From Scyliorhinus canicula (lineage: Eukaryota), in contig NC_052151.1 in assembly GCF_902713615.1 (NCBI RefSeq), forward strand, positions 157,189,050-157,253,049: DNA of 64,000 bases. The letters run 5' to 3'. The notes under the pieces are model-generated. The model made no database searches. It worked only from the letters and a program-made list of their open reading frames with translations, and was not told the DNA's origin. The position numbers were made by a program, and so were the translations under genes. Positions 50,901 through 63,000 of this stretch are shown here, piece after piece (the first letter of the stretch is position 1; every line of letters begins with the position of its first letter).

Positions 50901-51834
50901 TTGATACGTCTGCTTTATCTCTGAATCCTTCTGTTGTAATTCTGCCAATTTTCCTGAATTAAAGATATCAGCTTTATCCTCGACCTGCTCTTGTTCATTA
51001 TCAACCATCTGGTCAAAGGTTGCTTCTGAAAATTAAACTTCAGCCTCCCTATCTTTACTCATTCATTTCTTCTCCTCCTGTCTCAACCTGAGGCTTTATG
51101 ATTTTTTTTTACCATACTATCGAAAAACATCTCAGGGTGTGCTTCTTGCAACACCTCAGTTGCTCGACTTTCTGCCAGCTTTTCAACCACAATAGGCATC
51201 ACTCACACCCGTGATCCAGCTGTATCATTACCCAGGATAAACTGCACCCCTAAAAAAAAGGAATTTTTCTATTACTCTGACTTCCCCACTTCTCACCGGA
51301 CTCTCTAACTTTACCTTACATAATGGAATACTACTAATTTCACCAGTAATCCCACATATTACCACCTTCTTCTGAACTACATATCTCCTTATCTCTGGCC
51401 ATTAAAGATTGACGTACTCCTGCATCTCTTAGGATATTAACCTCCTTACCAACTCCACCCTGTACACGTGAGTAAATCTTATCCGCACTAATAAATCTTC
51501 AAAATGACCTGACACCTTCCTATGAAACAACCTAAAGCTGCCAGTCCTGGAGATCCGCTCTCGTCTCAACTAGGGTATCGATGCCCTCAACCATGTCACC
51601 TGGCCACAGAGGACTCTACAGGTGTTGGGGTTTTGTGCAGAGTAGGACATGAGAGACATGCGGGCAGATGGGTTTTGATTAGCTAATATGGTCGTGCAGT
51701 TCTGATGTGAGGGTAAGTGACAGGAGTGATGCCAGGAGAACAGAGGTGGTGACTCACCCGAGCTGCCCTAAAGAGGTTGTTCATCTTCTTGCTGCACTGT
51801 ATGCCAGTTCAGGACATCACCTGAAGGCCCTCCC

Positions 51835-54800
51835 TGTTGTAGTAACCACTGCTGTATATATTAGGGTATGTATGGGAAGGCCCTGTACTACAGGTATGGG
51901 GGTAGTCTCTGCCTGCTGGCTCCGCCCAGTAGGCAGAGTATAAATATGTGTGCACCCCGTACAGCAGCCATTTCGCCAGCTGCTGTAGGAGGCCACACAT
52001 CTTAGTGTAATAAAGCCTCAGTTGTATTCAACTCTCGTCTTTGTGCAATTGATCGTGCATCAATTTATTACACTAAAGTTTTCAGACGATGGACCTCCAC
52101 ATCAAGCCAGATCACCTGCAGCTGGATCCGCAATCAAGCAACGGCAAAAAGGACTTTGAACACTGGCTAGCTTGTTTCGAAGCTTACATCAGGTCTGCAC
52201 CAGACCCAATTCCGGAAGCTCAGAAGATCCAGATCCTCTACACGCGGCTGAGCTCCAGCGTTTTTCTGCTTATCCAGGACGTGCCAACCTACGATGAAGC
52301 CATGGCGCTATTGAAAGAGAATTACGCTCAGCGGACTAACATGCTTTACACCAGACACGTCCTCTCAACTCGTAGTCAACTCCCTGGTAAGTCAATAGAA
52401 GATGTCTGGCGTGCCCTAATTCCCCTGGTTAGACACTGACTGTCAGGCCGTCCCGGCCACGGAACACTCAAATTTACTCATGCGGGGCGCTTTCGTTATG
52501 GGGATTGCATCAGATCACATCCGGCAGTGACTATTAGAGGGGGCCACGCTCAACCTCGCGGCAACCAAAAAACTGGCGCTATCAATGATGGTCGCCTCGC
52601 GCAATATCCAGGCCTACACCCCCGCCGCGCGGCCCACCCCTCCTACACACTGTGGTCCCCGCAGGAGGATCGAGCTAATGGCCGAGTTCTCCACCTACAA
52701 CTACGAGATTTTGTATCGCCCCGGTAAGCTCAACGAGCCCCCCGATGCCCTATCCCGAGGTACACGTGCCAGCGCACAGGTGGACCGACTCCAGACTCTG
52801 GACGACAACCTTTGTCACCCGGGCGGCACACGGTTGTACCACTTCATTAAGGCCTGCAATCTGCCCTACTCTGTCAAGGAAGTCATGGCCATCACTAGAG
52901 GCTGCCAGGTCTGTGCGGAGGGCAAACTGCACTTCTACCGGCCAGATCGTGCGTGCCTGGTGAAGGCATCCCGACCCTTTGAACGCCTCAGTGTGGACTT
53001 CAAAGGGTCCCACCCTCCACCGACCAGAACATGTATTTCCTCAGTGTGGTCGATGAGTACTCCAGATTCCCCTTCGCCATCCCATGCCCTGACATGACGT
53101 CTGCCACAGTCATCAAAGCCCTCAACACCACCTTCGCTCTGTTCGGCTTCCCCGCTTACATCCACAGTGACAGGGGATCCTCATTCATGAGCGATGAGTT
53201 GCGTCAGTTCCTGCTCCACAAGGATATCGCCTCGAGCAGGACAACCAGCCTTAACCCCAGGGGCAACGGGCAGGTGGAGTGGGAGAACGGGACGGTCTGG
53301 CGGGCTGTCTAGCTGGCCCTACGGTCCAGAAATCCCCCGGCCTCCCGCTGGCAGGAAGTCCTCCCCGACGCACTGCACTCCATTCGGTCGCTCCTGTGCA
53401 CCGCGACTAACGACACACCCCATGAACGTCTCTTTGCCTTCCCCAGGAAGTCCACCTCCGGGGTGTCGCTCCCAACTTGGCTCGCAGCTCCAGGACCCAT
53501 ACTCCTCCGTAGGCACGTACGACTCCACAAGGTGGACCCGTTCTTGGAAAGGGTGCAGTTACTCCACGCCAACCCCCAGTATGCCCACGTAGCGTACCCC
53601 GACGGCCGCCGAGATACTGTCTCTCTCAGGGACCTGGCACCAGCTGGTTCCACACACACACACCCCCAGCCCGGCGCCACCCTCCCCTCCCCTGGCACAC
53701 CCAGCAGCAGCCCCCCCAGGATGATCCGTCCTCCTCCTGCCCATGCCCGAGGATGAAGAGGATCTTGTCACGCTCCCGGAGTCACCAAGGACCCGACCGA
53801 CGCCAGAATCGCCGCCACCACTGAGTCGCTCCCAATGTCAGATCAAGGCTCCGGACCGGCGAAACCTGTAATTGGTTCTGGACGCAAAGGCCGTGATTCT
53901 CCGCAACCACAATGGATGGGAGAATAGTGGGAGGTCCGCTTCCGCACCTCCCGCTATTCTCCCACACCCCCCAAAATGGCGTGTCCGGTTTTCCGACACG
54001 CCGCTCGGAGAAACGCGGCCCGCGATTCTCCGACCCGGATGGGCCGAGCGGCCTGCCGTTCCCGACCTGTTCACGATGGCGGCAACCACACCTGGTCGCT
54101 GCCATTGTGAACATGGTGCGCCAGGTAAGTATGGGGCCGAGGGGGGAGGCGGATCAGGGATCGAGCACCACGACCGTGCTCAGGAGGGGACTGGCCGGCG
54201 TCTCAAGGAAACACACACTTTCCCCTCCGCCGCCCCGCAAGATCAAGCTGCCACGTCTTGCGCGGCGGCAGAGGGGAAAGACGGCAACCGCGCATGTGCG
54301 GGTTTGAGCTGTCCAACCCGCGCATGTGCGGCTGACGTCATTAGGCGCCGCGGCGGAATCATTCTTGGCGTGCCGGGCCTTGAAGCCAGGGACAAGGCCC
54401 GGCCGCCGAGTTTCCCGGTACGGCCCGCCTATCCCCCCGGGTAGGGGAGAATAGGGGGCTGGGAGAGGCTTCCGACGCCGTTGTGAACCTCTCCAGGTTT
54501 CACGACGGCGTTGGGCCTTGCGGAGAATTCCGCCCAAAATGTTTTTCTCTGTATATTAAACTTGTGCTGTATATAGTTCTCCACCACTCCCGCCGGACTC
54601 AATTTTAACAGGGGGTGAATGTGATAGTAACCACTGCTGTATATGTAAGGGTATGTGTGGTAAAGCCTTGTACTACAGGTACGGGGTTAGTCCTTGCCTG
54701 CTGGCTCCACCCAGTAGGCGGAGTACAAATACGTGTGCTCCCCATACAGCAGCCATTTCACCAGCTGTTGTAGGAGGCGACACATCTTAGTGTAATAAAG

Positions 54801-54847
54801 CCTCAGTTGTATTCAGCTCTCGTCTTTGTGCAATTGATCGTGCATCA
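51835..54847 (+). mobile_element. Two-LTR, internally deleted Gypsy element (gag and integrase only), TSD CTCCC
   Basis: LTRs 51835-52062 and 54620-54847 (TG...CA); PPT aacagggggtgaa; gag from 52089; jump to YRPGKLNEPPDALSR and integrase HSDRGSSF. Confidence 0.93.
53889..54535. mobile_element. Harbinger-type MITE, TSD AAA
   Basis: TIRs GGCCGTGATTCTCCGC / GCGGAGAATTCCGCCC; inverted homolog of 1146-1801. Confidence 0.85.
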
Positions 54848-55321
54848 CTCCCCCAATGCTCCAACCTGATGGGCCAACTTCCCGACAATGTGGATCACTT
54901 GTGGTCTGAGGTTTCGTCAACCTCGCGTGGCGGCTGCGGACTGTGTCCAGCGCCGCCACAATCGGGAGGGAAGCCGTTCCGCTGGCTGGGAGGGCTTCAG
55001 CAGGGGCTGGGTGGATTGGTAAGGAGTGGCCCAGGGGTGGCGAGTTGGGTTACAGGGGTGCACTATAGGCCGGGTCTGCGCGCAACCTCCGCAGGTTGCT
55101 GCCGTGCGTATGCGCGGCCATGGACCTACCAATTCTCCGTCTGTATCTTCAGGGAAAGCCGGCGGGTGGGTTACCTGGCGCGGCTGCTGGCTCCTCACCG
55201 GGCGGAGCATTGATGCAGGGGCGGCACCGACCTTTTGGTCGTAATACTAGCCACATGCTCCAGACATAGCCTCAGAATCGGAAAATCCAGCCCATAGTCT
55301 CCCAAACGGAGAATTTTGTCC
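54848..55321. mobile_element. Right portion of a Harbinger-type element that hosts the Gypsy insertion
   Basis: GC-rich; TIR-like ends ggaaaatccagccc (about 55293) and ggagaattttgtcc (about 55321). Confidence 0.5.
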
Positions 55322-56844
55322 ATAGTTTACACAGTGTCTGGGGTGGGGGGGGGATGAAACCAGGCACATTTAAAAATTCACAACGAGAACTCGCATTATT
55401 TACCTATCCTACCTGACTAATTGCTCTTTGGTACTAACAATTAATTCCTCCCACCAGGATGAAATAAATAGTTGATCTGTCCTTGAATATGTGGTGCAGT
55501 CACCTCTGGGGGAAAAAATGTTCCTTTCAAACCACCAGAAAATAATCATTAATGTTCCAGAACTTCAACCCACACGGTGACATGACTGATCAGAAAAAAT
55601 TGCAGTTATTCCATTCCAAAGATAATTATTAGCCAAAGTTTGCCAGTACACAGAATTCTTCTGGATATTTTCAGAAACCTCATGAAAGGGCTCATCACAC
55701 CTGAAACTGTATCTGATGTTTCATTTCACACCCAGAGATCCTGATTGAATGATTTGAATTATTCAGGTAAATGTGTGTGCTTGCAAGTGATGTGTTGGGA
55801 GAGATGCCAGTAAAGAACATGAACTATTTTGTTGTTTCAGTTCTCACTATAACACACACGCACGCAGACACATTCTTTTGCTTTTTGCAGTTCACTTCAG
55901 ACATGTAAGTAGTGGCGATGAACTTTTGTCCTCAACAACATTAGAATGGCTGGGGAATCGGATTGAACAAGATTTTCTAATTGGACGCCCAGTCTTTGCT
56001 GAACTGCAGTAGTTCAAGAAGGTAGCTCACGACCACCTTCTCAAGGGTAATTAGGCAATGGGCAAGAAATACTGACCTAGTCAGTGATGTCCACATCCCA
56101 TAAATGAATAATAAAAAAAAATTGGGGTCCCTGACGTAGACTCTGCCATTCCCGCCTCATCTAGACAGATGTTTCTGTTTCTTTGGTTTCCTATGTCCTC
56201 TCCATTGATCCTTGTACCGAGAAATCCTTTGCCCTGAATCTCTCCTGCCCTCCGCCCAATCACAAACCTTCCCCATTTTTCTTCTCCCACACTCCCTTCC
56301 TTTCATTTCCTCATACTTATTGAATTTCTCACTTTTCTTAGTATTGGTAAACGGTTACAATGCTGAGAGGTTAACTCTAGTTTCTCTTTCCAGACGCTGT
56401 CAGAGTTTCTAAGTATTCCCAGCATTTTCTGTTTTCACTGTGCCATGAGATCACAGCATCTGCACACAGGCAATTCGGTTTGGCCTCAGACTCTTTCGTT
56501 TCCCTTCTGCCTTCAGCAGTAAATACATCCCAGCTTGCTGACGACACCAGGTTTGGTGGCGCAGCAGAAAAACAGCTGCAAAAGAATTGTGATAGATGAA
56601 GTGAGAGGTCAAAATTGTGGCAGATGATATTCAACGTGCGAAAGTGTGAGGTCATCCACTTTGAACCCAAGAAAAACAGTCCTGAATATTTTCTAAGTAA
56701 TGAGAAGCTAAGAACTGTGGAGGAGCAAATTTCTCCCACAACAAAGGGCAAAACTATCTGTTTACTCTGTTGTCTCCACAAAGCGCTATTGCATAATTTA
56801 TAATTTCATGACCTAGAATCTATAGAATTTTTTAAAAAGAACAA

Positions 56845-58220
56845 GGGTGGGATTCTCCATTTCAGAAATCAAGCGTTGAAGCTGGGACTGAATCAGTGGA
56901 TTTCTACCAAAACTAAATCGACGCCGGTCCCGGAGCGATTCAAGATCCGTTAATGGGCTAGCACCGATGCCACGTGGAACTCAACTGATTCCAATGAAAA
57001 GCGGTGTCCGATTCAACGGAGTCAGGATTGGCACCCAAAAGGCTGACAGACTGAAGCCACATATTAGCACTCCAGTCCCCACATACAGTCATCCCAGCCA
57101 ACAAGGTGGCAACACAAGAGCGGTACCCCGGTTTGCAGACGCAGAGCTCGAGACCCTGCTGGACGCCGTGGAGGAGAGGCAGGCCACCCTGTTTCCCAGA
57201 GTGGAAAGGAGGCTGTCACCCTCCTCCGGACACTGGGTCTCAGTGCAGTGGCAGAGGCCGTGAGCCTCTTGGGCCCCAAGCAGTGCAGGAAGAAACTGTA
57301 TGACCTCCCCAGGGCAGCCAGGGTGAATAGGCAACACTGTGCCCCTGGCACTGAGCCCTGTCCCACACACCCATAAACCGCCCCCCACCTGGAGAATGAT
57401 CGCACCCCACCCTACACCACATGCCAGCACCCAGACCCCCCGCCATGGCCGCGTGCCCTGGCCACAAAGGCCACCAGCTGTCCACTCCCTGTGATGCATG
57501 TGTCCGACTGCCTAACACTGTGCACTTTCTGTCTGCCCCCACCCCCGGGAGAAGTGGGAAATAACCGCAGAGAGAGAAGACCGGAGGGGTCTGCCAGACC
57601 TGCGGCCCCTCACCGTCGTGGATCAACGGGCACTGGACCTGGTCAGTGGTCCTGGAGCGAGACAGTCACCGAGGTGGAAGTCAGCAAGGGCAACCAAGTG
57701 AGCACCCGCTGAGTTGCGGTGTCCCAATGGCATGCGTGGCACGGCCCCCACCCCACCTCAACTACACCAACCCCTCACCACCCCCACACCACCCCACCTC
57801 AGCAAACCATGCACCACCCCAACCCGTGATCCAACACATGTCTTCTGTTTTGCAGGATCACGTGGCGGAGAGGCGGGTCTCTCTGGTATCCTCCGCCCAG
57901 ACCCCAACCGAGCGCTGGCTGACATGGCACAGACCCAGAGGGATGTGACACAGACACTGGCTGATGTGGCACAATCCCAAAGGGAAGTGGTCCACTCCCT
58001 GTGCTCCATGGCTGCAAGTATCGAGACCCTGGTCGAGACAGGAGCAGGCCTCCAGGACTGGCAGTGCCAGTTGACGGGGGAGCCTCAGGGGTTAGCTCTG
58101 CTCACACCCCTATCCCATAGAGAACCCCGGGGGCCATTGGACACCCTAGGTGAGGAGGAGGTGATGGGGGCCATGCCAGTGACTTGCACAAGGGAGGTGC
58201 CGGAACACAGTGCCCCAGAC
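56845..58220 (+). mobile_element. PIF/Harbinger element left arm with degraded spliced Myb/SANT-like gene
   Basis: TIR GGGTGGGATTCTCC; RAVPRFADAELETLLDAVEERQATLFP...AVAEAVS...QCRKKLYDL, donor-like agg|gtgaat, then NNRRERR near 57560. Confidence 0.8.
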
Positions 58221-60017
58221 ACTGTGCCATGTCTCTTGGCATCAGGCCGCTCTCTGTGGGCTTGTACCGCTCTCTGTCTCTTGATGTCAGGCCGCTCTCT
58301 GTGGGCCCTGTACCGCTCTCTGACTCTTGGCGACATGCCGCTCTCTGTGGGCTTGTACCGCTCTCTGACTCTTGGCGTCAGGCCGCTCTCTGTGGGCCCT
58401 GTACCGCTCTCTGACTCTTGGCGACATGCCGCTCTCTGTGGGCTTGTACCGCTCTCTGACTCTTGGCGTCAGGCCGCTCTCTGTGGGCCCTGTACAGCTC
58501 TCTGACTCTTGGCGTCAGGCCGCTCTCTGTGGGCCCTGTACCGCTCTCTGACTCTTGGCGTCAAGCCACTCTCTGTGGGCCCTGTACCGCTCTCTATCTC
58601 TTGGGGTCAGGCCGCAGCAGAATCCTGTACTTCTGGGTTAGGATGTCATCTGTGCTGGGCTGAGGATCCTCAAATCCGAAGAACTCATCCATGTCTGTGT
58701 TGGATTCTTAAATGTACAATACATCTCGTTGCGGTTCTGATTTGGTACTGAGGTCGCCACTTCCAATGATGAAATCATCGTCTGAGTCATAATCTTCAAG
58801 GACCATATCATCACTTTTTGTGTCGGAGCTGTAATTGTGCTCGCGATGTCCAAAGAAGTAATCAACGTCTGAGTCGTAGTCTTCAAGGACTAAATCATCT
58901 GTTAGGGTGGTGCTAACTGCTTGTTGCATGGTTCTGCGGAGGTTACGTTCAGCGACTGGTCGAAGTTCAGGCATTGTGCTGTCGTTCCAGGTGAAAGAAT
59001 TGTGTTTTCCGACTTTAATTTTTTTTTACTGTTTTGGGACATTTCACCTTTAAGTGGGCGTAGTCTGGCCCTCTGACATCATGACACTTGTGATGTAGAG
59101 CATAGGAATGGATTGTGCATGCGCAGATCGCTGTTCCTTTACTTTGCACCGTTTTCGCAACTGCGCATGCGTGGCTTCTCACGTATGCGCAAACGGACCT
59201 TCCTTTTCTGTGCGCTCTTGTGTTTTCCTCGCAGTATGTTTGAAACTTTTCCAGGACTGTCTGGAAGTCTCTCTTGTCTTGCCCTTTGGAGTACTTGATG
59301 GTCTTGAAGATTTCTGCTGCTCTTGCACCTGCAATGGTGAGCAGAAGCTTTATTTTCTCTGCATCAGCCACGCCATCTAGGTCGGACGCTACCAGGTAGA
59401 TCTTGAATCTCTGCCTGAACGCACGCCAGTTTGCACTGAGATTGCAGTGGTACCTGAGCTGCTGTGGAACTGGAATCTCAAACATCTTGCCTGGGTGCTG
59501 TTGCTGGAGTCATGGATATGTTGAGTTGAACTATATAGATTTAACAAGCACTAACAGGTACCATGTTGTGTTCTGCTTCTTCATGTAGCATAAGCTGCTT
59601 CTTTGATGTATACTCTGACAAAGGAAGGTTCAGACTTGGTGATAGGTTTAACACATTTATTGAACAGTTAACAATTCTCCTACTTGAGTTCAACTCTCAT
59701 GCTGATATCTTGCTATAGGAACAATCTAACTAACCATTCTGCTCTAATGCATGCGGTGGGTGTGATGCTTTCAATCCGCCCTGTCTCTCTGAGTGTAGCC
59801 TCTGGAAAGAGAAAGAGCATGTGTGCCCTGTCCTTTTATATGTGGTAGTGTCACCTCTGGGTTCGTCTTGACTGCCCATTGGTCGTGTCCTATCTTACTG
59901 ACCTATTGGTTGAATGTCTGTGTGTCATGATGTCTCTGGTGCTCCCTCTAGTGTTTATTTAGTTCTAGTGTATCTACATTAACCACTTGTGTATTCACAG
60001 TGATGCATATCACCACA
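58221..60017 (-). mobile_element. Truncated Gypsy: 5' LTR (59564-60017), PBS, gag N-terminus
   Basis: LTR followed by TGGTACC; ORF 59015-59485 NLSANWRAFRQRFKIYLVAS...KIKLLLTIAG. Confidence 0.8.
58233..58614. repeat. 45/46-bp minisatellite, about 8 copies
   Basis: Unit ctcttggcgtcaggccgctctctgtgggccctgtaccgctctctga alternating with a 45-bp gacatg/ggcttg variant. Confidence 0.95.
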
Positions 60018-63000
60018 CCTGCATTCTCAGCTGGTGTGCCAACAGGCAGCTGGCTTTGTCTCCGTGTTCGTATAGGGTCCCACGTGCCTGGCGCTGTTGG
60101 TGTACTGCTTTCCTGGAGGAGAGCAGATCAAAGTTCCTTTGTAGCTCTTTCCTGCCCGCCAGGGGCTCTATGGTTGGGGCCTCGGAGTATTTACGGTCTA
60201 CCTCCAGTATGGAGTCGATCAGCTGCTGCCCTTTCTTCCATATCTCTTTGCACTTTGAAAGTGATGATTTTCCCTCTTAGTACAGCCTTTACCGTTTCCC
60301 AGAACGTGGAGGGTGAGACCTCCCCGTCTGGTTGTTCTCCGTGTACTCTGCTATGGCCTGCGATATCTTTTCGTTGAAGACCTTGTCAGCTAGTGTGGCA
60401 ATGTCTAACCTCCATGTGGGGCATTGGGCCCTGCCCGTCTCCAGCCTCACGTCCATGTAGTGTGGAGCGTGGTCTGATATCACAATTGCGGAGTATTCCA
60501 CTTTGTCTATCCCTGGAAGCACCGTTTTCCCCACCACAAAGAAGTCAATTCTGGTGTATACGTTGTGCACTGGGGAGAAGAAGGAGAATTCCTTCTCCCC
60601 TGGGTCTGCGAACCTCCAGGGGTCCACCGCTCCCATCTGTTCCATTAGGTGACCAAGTTCCCTTGCCATGCTTGAGGTTTTCCCCGTTTTGGGGTTTGAT
60701 CTGTTAGTCGTTGGATCCTGTACACAGTTGAAGTCCCCCCATGGTTAGCCGGTGAGTCGCTATGTCGGGGATTTCTGCCATGGTCTTCTTGATGAAGCTT
60801 GTGTTGTCCCAGTTGGGTGAGTACACGTTAACTAGTACTGGGTGGCACAGTAGAACAGCGGTTAGCACTGTTGCTTCACAGCTCCAGGGTCCCGGGTTCA
60901 ATTCCTGGCTAGGTCACTGTCTGTGCGGAGTCTGCACGTTCTCCCTGTGTCTGCGTGGGTTTCTTCCGGGTGCTCCTGTTTCCTCCCACAAGTGCCGTAA
61001 GATATGCTTGTTAGGTAATTTGGACATTCTGAATTCTCTCTCTGTGTACCCGAACAGGCGCCGGATGTGGCAACTTGCGGCTTTTCACAGTAACTTCATT
61101 GCAGTGTACTTACAAGTAGTGTAAGCCTACTTGTGACAATAATAAAGAATATTATTATTACTACCGGTGCCCCATCCAGGGCCCCACTGACCATGACCCT
61201 GGGTCCGTAACCGTCTTTGTCGCCCTAAACATCGTCCTCTTGCTGATCAGTAATGCCACCCCCCCCCCCTGGCCCTCGTCCCATAGCTGGAACAGTAGGT
61301 TTGTCCCACCCAGCCCTTTCTTACCCGCAGTCGGTCATGCTCTCTCAGGTGTGTCTCTTGGAGGAAGGAAGACTATGTCGGCCCTCATATTTCTTAGCTG
61401 GGTGAGGACTCTGGATCTTTTCTCTGGGCCGTTGAGTCCCCTTATGGTCCAGGTGACTATCCTGGTGGGGGGCTTCAGTTCCCTCGCTCCTGTGGGATTA
61501 ACCATACTTACCTGGTGGACGGGCCCCTGCCCTCTGGGGTTTCCTTTGTTAGGGGGCCGTCCAGGATGGCCGCTGTCACTGCTCTCTCCATGCGGTCGGA
61601 CCCCTGCGCTCCAGGGTTTCCCTTTGTCCAGGGGTCACCCGACATGGCCGTCCACTGTGCGTCCACCAAGCGGGTAGTCCTCTGCACTCTGGGGTCTCCG
61701 TTAGCCCAGAGACCATACTGGGTGGATGCTTGCAGCAATTCCTTGTTTCGAGCCCTTGGTTGTGGTACTTTGTAGCCCTATTGCTATTCCTTTTCTAGCC
61801 TTGTTTGTCCCTCCTTCCCTGTGTCCCCCCCAGGTCTCTCTCTCCCTCCCTTTGTCCCCCCACCCCGGTCTCTCCCCTGCTCCCCCCTTTTCGCCCCCTC
61901 TCCCGTATACCACGCCTTTGTCCCTCTTTCCCCTGTTCCTATCCCCGTTTCTTCTCCCGCCTCTGTTGAGTGGTTCTCCCCCACCCCCCCCCCCAACCCC
62001 CCGGCCTGGCACCTTCTCCCCTTTGGGGCCGCACTGCGGCCCTGCTTTGGTGCATGCCCCAATGCTAGCTTTCCTGCTAGTACGGTGGCCCCCCTCTCGG
62101 GAGTTACTGTCTCGCTTCTCCCTTGCCCGGCCTCTGCGGTTTTCTGCCCGCTCTTCCTCCATCCTACCCTGCACTCCTCTCGCTTGCTCTCCCTTCTCCG
62201 CTACTCTCGTTCCCTCGTGCTGGGGCCTGGTCTCCCACCTGAAGCGGTCCCTCAGTTAGTGGTTTGCTTTTTGTTCAGGGTGGGCTCGCCGTGGCCGGGG
62301 TGGAGGCGGGGTGGCCTGGCGTTGCCTCACCCCTCCCCTCCCCCCTCCGCCGGCGTGTTGTTGCCCCTTGCCAGGGGCCCCTTATTTCTACCCTAGCTCT
62401 TGGTTTTCCAGCCCGTGTTCCTCAACAAACTCGTTTGCTTCGGCGGGTGCTGTGAAGAAGTATTCTCTTTCTTGGTATGTGACCCAGAGTTTCGCTGGGT
62501 ACAGCATACCAAAACACACTTTGTTTTTGTGAAGAGCTGCTTTCACTCTATTGAATTTGGCCCGTCTCCGAGCTAGGTTTGCCCCAATGTCCTCGTAAAC
62601 TCTAATGGACTGTCCTTCCCATTTGCAGGTTCTGTTTTGCCTGGCCCCACACAGGATTGTTTCCCTGTCTTGGTACCAGTGCAGGTTAACTATAACTGCC
62701 CTCGGGTGGTCCCCTGCCTTGGGCTTCGGGCGCAGCGACCATTTCTGATGTGTTGGGGAAATGTTTCTTCCCACTAAGATGCCCAGCATCTCGGCCACGT
62801 ATGCCGTGGGATTTCTACCCTCTATCCCCTCTGGTAGGCCCACTATCCTGACATTTTACCTTCTCAAGCGGTTTTCCTGATCATCCACTCTGCCCTTCAG
62901 GCTCCCCTGTGTTCTGCCCAGTCTCGCCACCTCCTTTTCCAGGGCCGTGATCCGGTCGCTCATGTCAGTCGCGGCTTTTTCCAGCTCCTTAATGGTCGCC

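Larger units (their letters stand above)
40810..51540 (-). mobile_element. Degraded Gmr1-like Gypsy (PR-IN-RT-RNaseH-PPT-3'LTR) hosting many insertions
   Basis: Protease about 51.2-51.45 kb; integrase 48.2-49.9 kb (SGNQYLVTIMD, ERWHQTLENML); RT at 47.9 kb and 43.2-43.6 kb; RFLGMSDFCRKF; PPT aagggggagg then TG at 42397. Confidence 0.88.

Noticed and set aside
58233-58614. CRISPR-like array
   Set aside because: Contiguous tandem units with no unique spacers; eukaryotic context.
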